A DNA stretch of 32,000 bases, taken from assembly GCA_964565945.1 (NCBI GenBank), contig CAZMGY010000035.1, positions 10,335 through 42,334 of the forward strand, given 5' to 3'. Each line of letters starts with the position of its first letter. Position 1 is the stretch's first letter. Below are positions 16,591 through 25,432 of this stretch, in pieces. The notes beneath the pieces were generated by a model. The model was not told the origin of the DNA. It worked only from the letters and a program-made list of their open reading frames with translations, and did no database searches. This DNA is from an uncultured bacterium. GTDB lineage: Bacteria; GCA-001730085. The position numbers were made by a program, and so were the translations under genes.

Positions 16591-17778
16591 ATGAAGTATA
16601 TCATTATTTGTTTAGATGGGATGTCCGATCATCCTGTGGAGATCTTGGGTGGCAAGACACCTGTTCAAGTGGCTCAAACACCTAACTTGGATCGCCTGGT
16701 GCAGCAAGGCGTGGTTGGTGCGATGCAAAACACGCCTCCAGGTCTTAAAGCTGGTAGCGATGTGTGTAATTTGTCTTTATTGGGCTATGATTGCGTGGGT
16801 TTTTATTCGGGTCGAGCACCCTATGAGGCCGCTAGTATGGGCATTGAGCAACAAGAGCACGAAGTGGTTTTTCGTTGCAATCTGGTTAATATTGTTGATG
16901 AAATAATGGTTGATTTTAGTGCGGGCCATATTGATTCATCTACAGCGGCGCCTTTGATTGAGGTGCTCAATCAGGAATTGTCCGAAGAAGGTTTGCGCTT
17001 TTATCCAGGTATTGGTTATCGTCATATTCTTTTAATCGACACGCGCAAGTATACCTATGATTTTAAAAAGTTGAACTGCACGCCACCTCACGACATTATG
17101 GGGCAAAACGTGGAGGTTCATTGGCCAAAGGGTGAAGGTGAAGAGTTGATAGACCGTTTGATGCGGGCTTCTCAGACCGTTTTGGCCAAGTATCCGAACA
17201 ATCAGGGGTGCGAATATCCAGCCAATAGTATTTGGCTGTGGGGTCAAGGCGTTAAGCCTGAAGTGGAACCTTTCTTTGACAAGTTTGGCTTGCGCGGTAG
17301 CGTGATTTCGGCGGTGGATTTGGTTCGGGGGATTGGCCAATTGGCTCAATTAGATGTTCTCAATGTGCCTGGAATCACTGGCTATTACGATACCGACTAT
17401 GCGGCCAAGGGCTGCTATGCCATCGACAGTCTTAACGACAAAGATTTCATTTTTGTTCATATTGAAGCCACGGATGAAGCGGGCCATAATGGCGATCACG
17501 TTGAGAAAGTGCGAGCGATTAAAAATGCCGATGCCAAAGTGATTGGCCCTCTGATGGAGGCGATGGAGGGTCGTGAATATCGTATGTTGGTGGCTCCAGA
17601 CCACCCGACGCCAGTGGCCTTGCGCACGCATACTGAAGAGTATGTTCCTTTCGTGATGGCGGGCACTGGGATTGAACAAGATGGGTGTCGCCCCTACGAC
17701 GAAAATATCTTAACCGCTCAAGATGTGCCACGTTATGACCGCGGACATAAGCTGATTGCCGAGTTTCTAGCCCCTTAA
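16591..17778 (+). CDS. ApgM-family (archaeal-type cofactor-independent phosphoglycerate mutase-like) metalloenzyme; candidate non-canonical homoserine kinase
   Basis: From M35 of the listed ORF, the sequence MKYIIICLDGMSDHP...GKTP...TPNLD...GSDVCNLSLLGYD ... FVHIEATDEAGHNGD ... APDHPTP is the ApgM/alkaline-phosphatase-superfamily pattern. The 34-aa upstream extension is AT-rich, basic and not family-like. Confidence 0.8.
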   Translation: MKYIIICLDGMSDHPVEILGGKTPVQVAQTPNLDRLVQQGVVGAMQNTPPGLKAGSDVCNLSLLGYDCVGFYSGRAPYEAASMGIEQQEHEVVFRCNLVNIVDEIMVDFSAGHIDSSTAAPLIEVLNQELSEEGLRFYPGIGYRHILLIDTRKYTYDFKKLNCTPPHDIMGQNVEVHWPKGEGEELIDRLMRASQTVLAKYPNNQGCEYPANSIWLWGQGVKPEVEPFFDKFGLRGSVISAVDLVRGIGQLAQLDVLNVPGITGYYDTDYAAKGCYAIDSLNDKDFIFVHIEATDEAGHNGDHVEKVRAIKNADAKVIGPLMEAMEGREYRMLVAPDHPTPVALRTHTEEYVPFVMAGTGIEQDGCRPYDENILTAQDVPRYDRGHKLIAEFLAP

Positions 17779-19349
17779 TTTTTTTTATGAAGTTTGTACT
17801 CAACGCTATCCAAAAGGGCGAGCCAGCTGGCCTCAATAATGTTTTCTGATACCCCGACTGTCGACCAGGATTGATGTCCATCGCGAGATTTAATCAGAAC
17901 GCGTACTTTAGCCGCCGTAGCGTCTTGCCCATTCAGAACACGCACTTTATAATCGACCAAGTGCATTTCGGCAAGTTTAGGATAGTAAGCCAAAAGAGCT
18001 TTGCGCAAAGCCTGATCCAAAGCGTTAATAGGGCCAGCCCCATCGGCAACCACATGCTCGCGTGCCCCTTTTACACGCATATCCACAGTCGCTTCGGCAA
18101 TCATAATGCCCTCGAGATTATGGCGAATAACCGTGCGGTAATCGCGCACATCAAAGAAGGTTTTGTGCTTACCCAGAATACGATCCATTAATAGCTTAAG
18201 TGATGCATCGGCCCCTTCAAACGAATAATCTTCGTTCTCGAGTTGCTTCACTCGCTCCAAAATCGTGGTAATTTCTTCGGAGGTCTCTTCCAAATCTAAA
18301 TCAAAAGCCAGTGCTTTAAGCGCAATATTGCTTTTACCCGATAACTCCGAAATCAAGATACGACGCTTGTTGCCCACCACTTCAGGCTCAATATGCTCAA
18401 AGGTTTGAGGGTTTTTCTTGACGGCGTTCACATGCATGCCCCCTTTGTGGGCAAACGCACTGTACCCAACATAGGCTTGTTTGTCGTTAGGAACCATATT
18501 GGCCAATTCACTCACATAGTAAGACACATTCATCAGTTGCTTGAGCGTACGTTTGGTCATGCATTTATGGTCCATTTTAAGAATCAAGTTAGGAATGATT
18601 GAGCAGAGGTTGGCATTACCACAACGTTCTCCATAACCGTTGATGGTTCCTTGCACCTGTGTTGCCCCAGCATCAACAGCGGCCAAGCTATTAGCCACCG
18701 CCACTTCCGAATCATTATGACAATGAATTCCGACGGGCACAGAAAAACGCTCCACTACTTCGGCCACACGATCACGGATTTCGAACGGCATCCGCCCTCC
18801 GTTGGTGTCGCACAGAACGAGCCAATCGGCCCCTCCGTTGACTGCCGCTTGCAATGTTTGCAAGGCATACTCGGGATTGGCTACCGCCCCATCAAAAAAG
18901 TGTTCGGCATCATAAATCACTTCGTGACCGTGATCTTTTAAATATTTAACGGAACTCTCAATGATTTTCGAATTGTTGTTCAACGTTGTTTTCAAAACCT
19001 CGGTTACATGAAAATCCCAGGTTTTTCCAAAAATGGTCATTACGGGCGCTTCGGATTCCAAAAGCATATTCAAATTAGCATCTTTGCCTGGAGTGATACC
19101 CTTGCGATGTGTGCTACCAAAGGCAGCCACTTTAGCATGTTTAAGCGATTCTTTTTTGATTTGGTTAAAAAAGTGTGCATCCTTAGGATTCGATCCAGGC
19201 CAACCGCCTTCGATAAAGTCAATGCCAAGTGCATCCAGTTTTTTGGCCACCTTGATTTTGTTTTCACCGTTAAAAGAGACACCTTCCCCTTGGCTTCCAT
19301 CGCGAAGCGTTGTGTCGTAAATGTAAATTTTTTGATTTTTTGCACTCAT
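17775..19349 (-). CDS. cimA: (R)-citramalate synthase (LeuA-family, CimA type)
   Basis: KIYIYDTTLRDGSQGEGVSF, HCHND and GTINGYGERCGN form the HMGL-like core, and a LeuA-allosteric-type C-terminal domain is present. The roughly 525-aa length and position next to aspartokinase match known cimA loci, as in Geobacter. The likely start is the ATG at 19349 (MSAKNQ) rather than the GTG at 19370. Confidence 0.75.
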   Translation of the reverse strand: MSAKNQKIYIYDTTLRDGSQGEGVSFNGENKIKVAKKLDALGIDFIEGGWPGSNPKDAHFFNQIKKESLKHAKVAAFGSTHRKGITPGKDANLNMLLESEAPVMTIFGKTWDFHVTEVLKTTLNNNSKIIESSVKYLKDHGHEVIYDAEHFFDGAVANPEYALQTLQAAVNGGADWLVLCDTNGGRMPFEIRDRVAEVVERFSVPVGIHCHNDSEVAVANSLAAVDAGATQVQGTINGYGERCGNANLCSIIPNLILKMDHKCMTKRTLKQLMNVSYYVSELANMVPNDKQAYVGYSAFAHKGGMHVNAVKKNPQTFEHIEPEVVGNKRRILISELSGKSNIALKALAFDLDLEETSEEITTILERVKQLENEDYSFEGADASLKLLMDRILGKHKTFFDVRDYRTVIRHNLEGIMIAEATVDMRVKGAREHVVADGAGPINALDQALRKALLAYYPKLAEMHLVDYKVRVLNGQDATAAKVRVLIKSRDGHQSWSTVGVSENIIEASWLALLDSVEYKLHKKN

Positions 19350-19429
19350 AACAAACCTATCTATACCCACCCCTCAGGTCAGTAAGGACAAAGGTATTCA
19401 TGTTTTTTATTATTCCACCGTTAGTAGTA

Positions 19430-20647
19430 TTATTTCTCCAATTCAAAAATCTTATGCAAAGCTTGAACCGCCAACTGACCTTGTGATTCGTCAATCACGC
19501 AAGAAATTTTAATTTCCGAAGTGCTAATCATTTCAATGTTGATTTTTTCATCGGCCAAACAACGAAATATTTTGGCGGCAACTCCCACGTGTCGACGCAT
19601 ACCTACACCCACCACCGAAATTTTGGCAATGTTTTTTTTGCACACCACATCTTGGGCATGCAACTTTCGAACCATATCTTGAGATACAATCATCGCTGCT
19701 TGCAAATCATCCTTCGGGATGGTGAACGAAATATCCGTAAAGTCTTCCAGGCTGATATTCTGAATAATCACATCAATGTTGATATGGGCTTCCGCCAAAG
19801 CGGTGAAAATTTGAGCCGCCATACCAGGTTGATCAGGAACCTTCACGATAGTAAGTTTAGCTTCGTTTTTGTTCAAAGCAATCCCAGTGATAAGCACGTC
19901 TTCCATAGCATGAACCTCCTTTGTGATCAATGTGCCTGGGCCATCTTCGAAGCTCGAACGCACATAAATATCCAGGCCATATTTTTGAGCAAATTCCACT
20001 GAGCGTGAATGCAGCACCTTCGCACCCATACTGGCTAATTCCAACATTTCCTCATAAGCAATTTTATCCAAACGTTTGGCCTCAGAAACAAGCTGTGGAT
20101 CGGTGGTGTAAACACCGTCAACATCGGTGAAAATATCGCAATGATCGGCTTCTAATACAACCGCAAGCGCCACCGCAGACAGGTCTGAACCACCACGACC
20201 TAATGTGGTGATATCAAAATGTTCATTGATCCCTTGAAAGCCTGCCACAATCACAACTTTGTCTTCCTTAAGACTTTGTTGAATTCGCTCGGTTCCAATA
20301 TTTACAATGCGTGCTTTATTGTGCACCGCATCGGTGCGAAAACTCACTTGAGCGGCATTAAAAGAAATCGCCTCATGGCCTATTTCTTGAATCGCCATCG
20401 CCAAAAGAGCGATCGAGATCTGCTCTCCCGAAGCCAACAACATATCCATCTCTCGGGCACAGGGGGTCTGAGAAATTTCACGTGACAAAGACACCAACTG
20501 ATCGGTGGTCTTACCCATAGCCGACACAACTACCACAATGTTTTTGCCCTGCTCCTTGGCTTTGCTCACGCGACGAGCCACGTTTTTAATTTTATCCGAA
20601 GTTCCTAGCGAGGAGCCTCCGTATTTATGCACAACCAGCAAACTCAT
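19430..20647 (-). CDS. lysC: Aspartate kinase (monofunctional, two ACT domains)
   Basis: VVHKYGGSSLG, VVVVSAMGKTTD and TLGRGGSDLSAVALA form the kinase core, followed by tandem ACT regions (ITGIALNKNEAKLTI..., IAKISVVGVGM...). A TATAAT lies about 45 nt upstream. Confidence 0.9.
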   Translation of the reverse strand: MSLLVVHKYGGSSLGTSDKIKNVARRVSKAKEQGKNIVVVVSAMGKTTDQLVSLSREISQTPCAREMDMLLASGEQISIALLAMAIQEIGHEAISFNAAQVSFRTDAVHNKARIVNIGTERIQQSLKEDKVVIVAGFQGINEHFDITTLGRGGSDLSAVALAVVLEADHCDIFTDVDGVYTTDPQLVSEAKRLDKIAYEEMLELASMGAKVLHSRSVEFAQKYGLDIYVRSSFEDGPGTLITKEVHAMEDVLITGIALNKNEAKLTIVKVPDQPGMAAQIFTALAEAHINIDVIIQNISLEDFTDISFTIPKDDLQAAMIVSQDMVRKLHAQDVVCKKNIAKISVVGVGMRRHVGVAAKIFRCLADEKINIEMISTSEIKISCVIDESQGQLAVQALHKIFELEK

Positions 20648-21253
20648 TGAACGAGATCCTTTATTCAGCTTTATTCTATAAAAAAAACATTTATTATATC
20701 ATGCTTTTGGCTTAAGCTGAACGTCTCCCCATGTAGTCGTTTCAAAGCGTCATTTTATGGTTCAACAATGCCCTTCACATGACCAAAATCCGCAAAAATC
20801 ACATATCACTAAAAATGGATTTATCAAAAACAGAATCGGTTGAAATACCTTGTAATATCAATGAGTTACCACAATTAATGCAGGGCTAAGATTTGTCGAA
20901 TTTGAAAGGTTAGGAGTTTTATAAAATTTATGAAATGAGTGAAAGGATATTGGGGCAATATTAGGAGTAAAAAAGATAAAAACACAAAACATCTATTGAT
21001 CCGCAATAGCACAGTGGAATTGGGTATCTTTACAGCGCAATCTTGGGATAAAAACATATTTAATAATTGACGCTTTAAAACATATTGATCAGATGTTGTT
21101 TGTCGACTTTAGTGATGAACTGTAGCTGCTTCAATAGCGGTTTGAACAAGCGAGCTATGTTTTTGAGGTTATTGTGTCGAAGTCTCGACTGGATAGATAG
21201 TCTTAATCTGTTTTAATTAGTGATGGATTAATTTCGAAACAGGTCTGTTTGTG

Positions 21254-21262
21254 TGCTATAAT
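21254..21262 (+). promoter_or_regulatory. Extended -10 element (TGcTATAAT) upstream of valS
   Basis: The sequence tgctataat sits at 21254-21262, about 35 nt upstream of the valS ATG. Confidence 0.35.
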
Positions 21263-21297
21263 AAGGTTTTTGTGAGCAATTCAAAGATGTGAATATC

Positions 21298-23913
21298 ATG
21301 GCTAAATTGAATAAAATTTATAATCCTAAAGAGATCGAACAAAAGTGGTACCAAAACTCTGTTGATAAGGGCTATTTCCATTCAGATGAATCCTCTGGAA
21401 AGCCTCCTTATACGATTGTGATTCCTCCTCCTAATGTGACAGGGGTTTTGCATATGGGTCATGCACTTAATAATACCATCCAAGATATTTTGATACGCTA
21501 CTATCGCATGAAGGGGCACAATGCTTTGTGGATGCCAGGGACCGATCATGCTGGGATTGCCACTCAGAATGTGGTGGAACGCAAGCTCAAAAAAGAGGGG
21601 AAACGTAAAGAAGATTTGGGTCGTGATGCTTTTATTGAAGATGTTTGGGATTGGAAAGCACACCATGGGGGTGTGATTATCAATCAACTTAAAACTTTGG
21701 GGGCTTCCTGTGATTGGGATCGAGAGCGATTCACCATGGATGAAGGACTTTCCGATGCGGTGCGTTGCTGTTTTCATGATTTGTATCATAAAGATTTGGT
21801 TTACCGTGGGAATTACATCACCAATTGGTGTCCAAGGTGTCAGACGGCTTTATCGGACGAAGAGTCAGAACATAAAGATGTGAAAGGGGCTTTTTATTAT
21901 TTGCGCTATCCGATCGAAGGAAGCGATGAGTTCATTGAGATTGCTACCACGCGTCCCGAGACGATGTTTGGAGATACCGCCGTGGCGATGAATCCGAATG
22001 ATGAGCGCTATCAGCACCTTAAAGGCAAGCGTGTAATTTTGCCGATCATTAACAAGAGCATTCCTTTGATCGAAAATGAGCATGTCGATCCCGAGTTTGG
22101 AACTGGCTTGGTGAAGGTGACACCCGCGCACGACCCTAATGACTTTGAAATGGGACAAATCCACGATCTTGAGTTGGTTAGTGTGATGACTGGTGATGCC
22201 AAGATGGAACAGGCAGGTCCCTATGAGGGTATGGATCGCTTTGAGTGTCGCAAGCAACTGGTCGAAGATTTGAAAGAGCAAGGTCTATTGCTTAAAGTGG
22301 AAGATCATGATCATTCTGTAGGGCACTGTTATCGTTGTGATACGGTGGTGGAGCCTCGAGCATCGAAACAGTGGTTTGTGCGCATGAAACCTCTGGCCGA
22401 AAAAGCTTTAGCTGCCGAAGCGGCTGGAAAAGTGAAATTTTATCCCGAAAAATGGCGCAAAATTTATGTACACTGGCTGAGCAACATACGTGATTGGTGC
22501 ATTTCGCGTCAGATTTGGTGGGGTCATCAGATCCCAGTGTGGTATTGTGGCGATTGTGAAGCCCAGACGGTGACGCTTGAAGACCCTACGGTGTGTTCGT
22601 CGTGTGGTTCTGAAAACTTAACTCAAGAAACCGATGTGTTGGACACGTGGTTTTCGTCGTGGCTCTGGCCTTTTTCCACGTTAGGTTGGCCCGAGAAAAC
22701 GAAAGATCTCGAAACCTTTTATCCGACGCAGACTTTGGTGACGGCGCCTGATATTTTATTCTTTTGGGTGTCGCGGATGATTATGGCTGGCTTAGAGTTT
22801 ATGGGCGAGGTTCCCTTTAAAGATGTATATTTGCATGGTGTGGTGCGTGACGAGCAAGGTCGCAAAATGAGCAAATCGTTGGGAAACTCGATTGATCCTT
22901 TGGAGGCGATCGAAGAATACAGTGCTGATGCCTTGCGTTTTAGTTTAATGATGTTGGCTCCGTTAGGGCACGACCTGCAGTTGTCGCAAGATAAGTTTGT
23001 GTTGGGGCGTAATTTTGCCAACAAAATTTGGAATGCGGCCCGTTACTTGCTTATGAATGTGGACAAAGAATTTGACCGTGGGATCAAAGTTGAGTTGATG
23101 GATGTAATTGATCACTGGATTGTTTCTCGTTTGAATACAATGTTGAGGTCGGTGAGTACACAAATCGAAAAGTTTCGTTTCAACGATGCCGTGACCAGCA
23201 TTTATGACTTTCTTTGGCACGACTTTTGCGATTGGTATTTGGAGATGATCAAAGATCGAATGGATCAAAACAATACCCAGCAGGTGGCCTTAAATGTTTT
23301 GGAACAAACCTTGTGTGCTTTGCACCCGATTATGCCTTTTGTGACCGAAGAGATATGGAGCCTTTTACCCTTGCGTAAGGACAGCGAGTCGATTGTGGTG
23401 GCGGCGTGGCCCAAAGCAGATGCTACCATGATTAATCCTGAGATTGAAGCACAATTTGCAATGATCAAAGATATCATTCAGGCGGCGCGCAATGTGCGTC
23501 GAGAGCTCAACTTGCCTCTTAAGCAAGAGTTGGACTTGGTAGTCAGTTGCGAACAAGAGCAAGATCAAAACCGCCTTCAAAAGCGGGCGGATGTGATTAT
23601 TAAGTTGGCTAAGCTGTCTGCATTGGACGTGGTGGTTAAAGGGGAGAAGCTCAGGGATTCCCGAGCGATTGTCCGCGAATATGGAACGGTTTACGTAAAG
23701 CTAAAAAATTTGATTGACACTGAAGTCGAAAAGGAGCGCCTTCATAAAGAGGTAGACAAAGTGAATGGCGAAATCAAACTTTTGGTGAAAAAATTATCGA
23801 ATCAAGGCTTTGTGGCCAAGGCTCCAGAAAAGGTGATTCAGAAGGAAAGAGACAAACAAGCCATTTATGAGCAACTGAAAGATCAATTGTTAGAGCAGTT
23901 AGGGGCTTTTTAA
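21298..23913 (+). CDS. valS: Valyl-tRNA synthetase
   Basis: Class I motifs are PPPNVTGVLHMGH (HIGH) and KMSKSLGN (KMSKS), plus the editing-domain motif TTRPETMFGDTA and a C-terminal coiled coil. The ATG at 21298 is preferred over the in-frame GTG at 21289. Confidence 0.95.
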   Translation: MAKLNKIYNPKEIEQKWYQNSVDKGYFHSDESSGKPPYTIVIPPPNVTGVLHMGHALNNTIQDILIRYYRMKGHNALWMPGTDHAGIATQNVVERKLKKEGKRKEDLGRDAFIEDVWDWKAHHGGVIINQLKTLGASCDWDRERFTMDEGLSDAVRCCFHDLYHKDLVYRGNYITNWCPRCQTALSDEESEHKDVKGAFYYLRYPIEGSDEFIEIATTRPETMFGDTAVAMNPNDERYQHLKGKRVILPIINKSIPLIENEHVDPEFGTGLVKVTPAHDPNDFEMGQIHDLELVSVMTGDAKMEQAGPYEGMDRFECRKQLVEDLKEQGLLLKVEDHDHSVGHCYRCDTVVEPRASKQWFVRMKPLAEKALAAEAAGKVKFYPEKWRKIYVHWLSNIRDWCISRQIWWGHQIPVWYCGDCEAQTVTLEDPTVCSSCGSENLTQETDVLDTWFSSWLWPFSTLGWPEKTKDLETFYPTQTLVTAPDILFFWVSRMIMAGLEFMGEVPFKDVYLHGVVRDEQGRKMSKSLGNSIDPLEAIEEYSADALRFSLMMLAPLGHDLQLSQDKFVLGRNFANKIWNAARYLLMNVDKEFDRGIKVELMDVIDHWIVSRLNTMLRSVSTQIEKFRFNDAVTSIYDFLWHDFCDWYLEMIKDRMDQNNTQQVALNVLEQTLCALHPIMPFVTEEIWSLLPLRKDSESIVVAAWPKADATMINPEIEAQFAMIKDIIQAARNVRRELNLPLKQELDLVVSCEQEQDQNRLQKRADVIIKLAKLSALDVVVKGEKLRDSRAIVREYGTVYVKLKNLIDTEVEKERLHKEVDKVNGEIKLLVKKLSNQGFVAKAPEKVIQKERDKQAIYEQLKDQLLEQLGAF

Positions 23914-23946
23914 AGGGTTAAAGTGAACGAAGACTCAGGAAGGTCA

Positions 23947-24090
23947 ATGCCTTCTGACGCTCGACGATGGCAACCATTCGGCGATGCGGTGACTATGAAA
24001 GGTCCTTGTCGTGGCGTTTACTTGCCTCCGCAGTACTGCACGAACTTCATAGTTTTGAATCCCAACAACCGTGTTGCCTGTTTTTTGTGA
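23947..24090 (+). CDS. Candidate small ORF (47 aa), unknown function
   Basis: AGGAAGG lies just upstream of the ATG. The translation is MPSDARRWQPFGDAVTMKGPCRGVYLPPQYCTNFIVLNPNNRVACFL. The segment looks less AT-rich than typical spacers here and ends in a T6 run. No homolog was recognised. Confidence 0.2.
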   Translation: MPSDARRWQPFGDAVTMKGPCRGVYLPPQYCTNFIVLNPNNRVACFL

Positions 24091-24142
24091 TCAACTGTAT
24101 GATAAAGATGCCTTATTATTGTTCCTCATGCAAGCGTGGGGC

Positions 24143-24571
24143 TTAGTTGTCCTTTTGAAATATTTTTTGGTTTTGATCCAGATCTTTAAGTCTTAAGTTG
24201 AGCGCCTTGACCGACAAGCGAATTTCCATAAAGCAGATGAGCAGTGAAATCAAGAGGGTGAGCAGGGCAAGGCCAAAAAAAAGTTTCCCCCACGCCTCAA
24301 GATTAAACTCGAGATTAAAATAGTAAAAAATCATAGAGATGGTGCTGGAAATTAGTGCGGCGATGCCAAACTCTTGCATGTTTTTGATCATGTTAACCCG
24401 TTTTTGAAGCAATTGAATCTGCCAGTAAACCACCTTTTCTTGGCTGACCTGATACTCTTTGTGCAGTTGTCGTATCAGATTAGCTAAGGTCAAATACTTA
24501 TTGGTGTATGACAAAAATAATAACGAGATGGTTGGAAAAAGTAACGCGGGGGTTTCAATTGTGATTGTCAT
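24143..24571 (-). CDS. DUF2721-like small integral membrane protein
   Basis: 142 aa. The N-terminal pattern ALLFPTISLLFLSYTNKYLTLANLIRQLHKE fits the DUF2721 family as I remember it, and three hydrophobic segments are present. Confidence 0.55.
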   Translation of the reverse strand: MTITIETPALLFPTISLLFLSYTNKYLTLANLIRQLHKEYQVSQEKVVYWQIQLLQKRVNMIKNMQEFGIAALISSTISMIFYYFNLEFNLEAWGKLFFGLALLTLLISLLICFMEIRLSVKALNLRLKDLDQNQKIFQKDN

Positions 24572-24718
24572 TGTTGAACCTTTTTTGTGATAGATACAGT
24601 TTGTGAGTTATTATGATATAACTTTAACGAATGAGAGGGGCTGTTGTCAATGACCGAATCAACTTTGGTGTTTTACGACAGAGATTGTGCTGTCGCGTTA
24701 TCCTTTGTCGAAGTCTCT

Positions 24719-25318
24719 TCAGTCGTGTCCTTTGCCTGATGAAAGCTTGGCGGTATCAGTTTTTGAATTGATACACTCTTGATGTGTGGCGTTTAAAGTG
24801 GCAAGGTATTGTCGAATGCTAGAGAAAAGTTCTCGGTAGTGACTCTCTTTTAGATATAGGTATGTCTTTTCGCGGTACTTAAAGCCAGTTTTGGTGAGGG
24901 CTTCATTAAGGATCCATGTGTTAGATTTGTGTCGCGTGCGCTTAGTTTCTTTAATTGAGATGTCGATGTTTGTTGTATTTTCATCTTTGGTGAGGATCGA
25001 AAGCTTGAGGTGAAGGATTGATCCTAAAACATGTGTTGGCTGATCCCAAAGAGCTTTGCCGACTTTGCTCCACCCAGTGACAGGAAGACGTTTCGTTGCT
25101 TTGATAAGACCCTGATCGAAAGCGATATAGGTGATGTAGTACTTATTTTTTTTAAGTGTTGTCTCGCAGGCTTCAAAAATATCGGGATAAAAGCCCTCAA
25201 CAGTTTGTTGGGACGTTGGGGGCAGTGTGCGCGATTTTAGACCTAGCTGAGGCCTGTGCTGGACGCAACCCCCGATTGAGATTATGAGCACTAAGACTTG
25301 GATGAATAAATGTTTCAT
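24719..25318 (-). CDS. Putative lipoprotein, function unknown
   Basis: It has a signal peptide with a lipobox-like ISIGGC (MKHLFIQVLVLIISIGGCVQ). It is transcribed divergently from the PARG-like gene. Confidence 0.55.
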   Translation of the reverse strand: MKHLFIQVLVLIISIGGCVQHRPQLGLKSRTLPPTSQQTVEGFYPDIFEACETTLKKNKYYITYIAFDQGLIKATKRLPVTGWSKVGKALWDQPTHVLGSILHLKLSILTKDENTTNIDISIKETKRTRHKSNTWILNEALTKTGFKYREKTYLYLKESHYRELFSSIRQYLATLNATHQECINSKTDTAKLSSGKGHD

Positions 25319-25375
25319 GAGCTCATTATAGACTATGAGAAGTGATATTGGTCTTATGAGTAAATCATGTGAAAT

Positions 25376-25405
25376 TTGATTTAAATTGCTAATATGTTAT
25401 ATAAT
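25376..25405 (+). promoter_or_regulatory. Candidate promoter of the PARG-like gene
   Basis: TTGATT (25376-25381), an 18-nt spacer, then TATAAT (25400-25405). It lies inside the 5' end of the listed ORF, which argues that the real start is the ATG at 25433. Confidence 0.35.
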
Positions 25406-25432
25406 CTTGAAAGATATACAGGATATAGTACA

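Noticed and set aside
20875-21057. 60-aa minus-strand ORF in the lysC-valS spacer
   Set aside because: It is a hydrophobic low-complexity translation of AT-rich DNA. It has no RBS, no recognisable family and sits at the minimum ORF length.
21175-21186. 12-nt exact repeat tgtcgaagtctc, also at 24706-24717
   Set aside because: Exact 12-mers are expected many times by chance in 32 kb on two strands. The flanks are unrelated.
20648-21297. Lysine riboswitch upstream of lysC or T-box leader upstream of valS
   Set aside because: The lysC leader after the best -10 box is only about 45 nt. I could not find the conserved T-box sequence or L-box core elements by eye. A covariance-model scan would be needed to exclude them fully.
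25394-25432. 13-aa N-terminal extension of the PARG-like ORF (MLYNLERYTGYST)
   Set aside because: A TATAAT box (25400-25405) with TTGATT 18 nt upstream lies within it. Starting at M14 places the hydrophobic signal peptide at the N-terminus, as expected.
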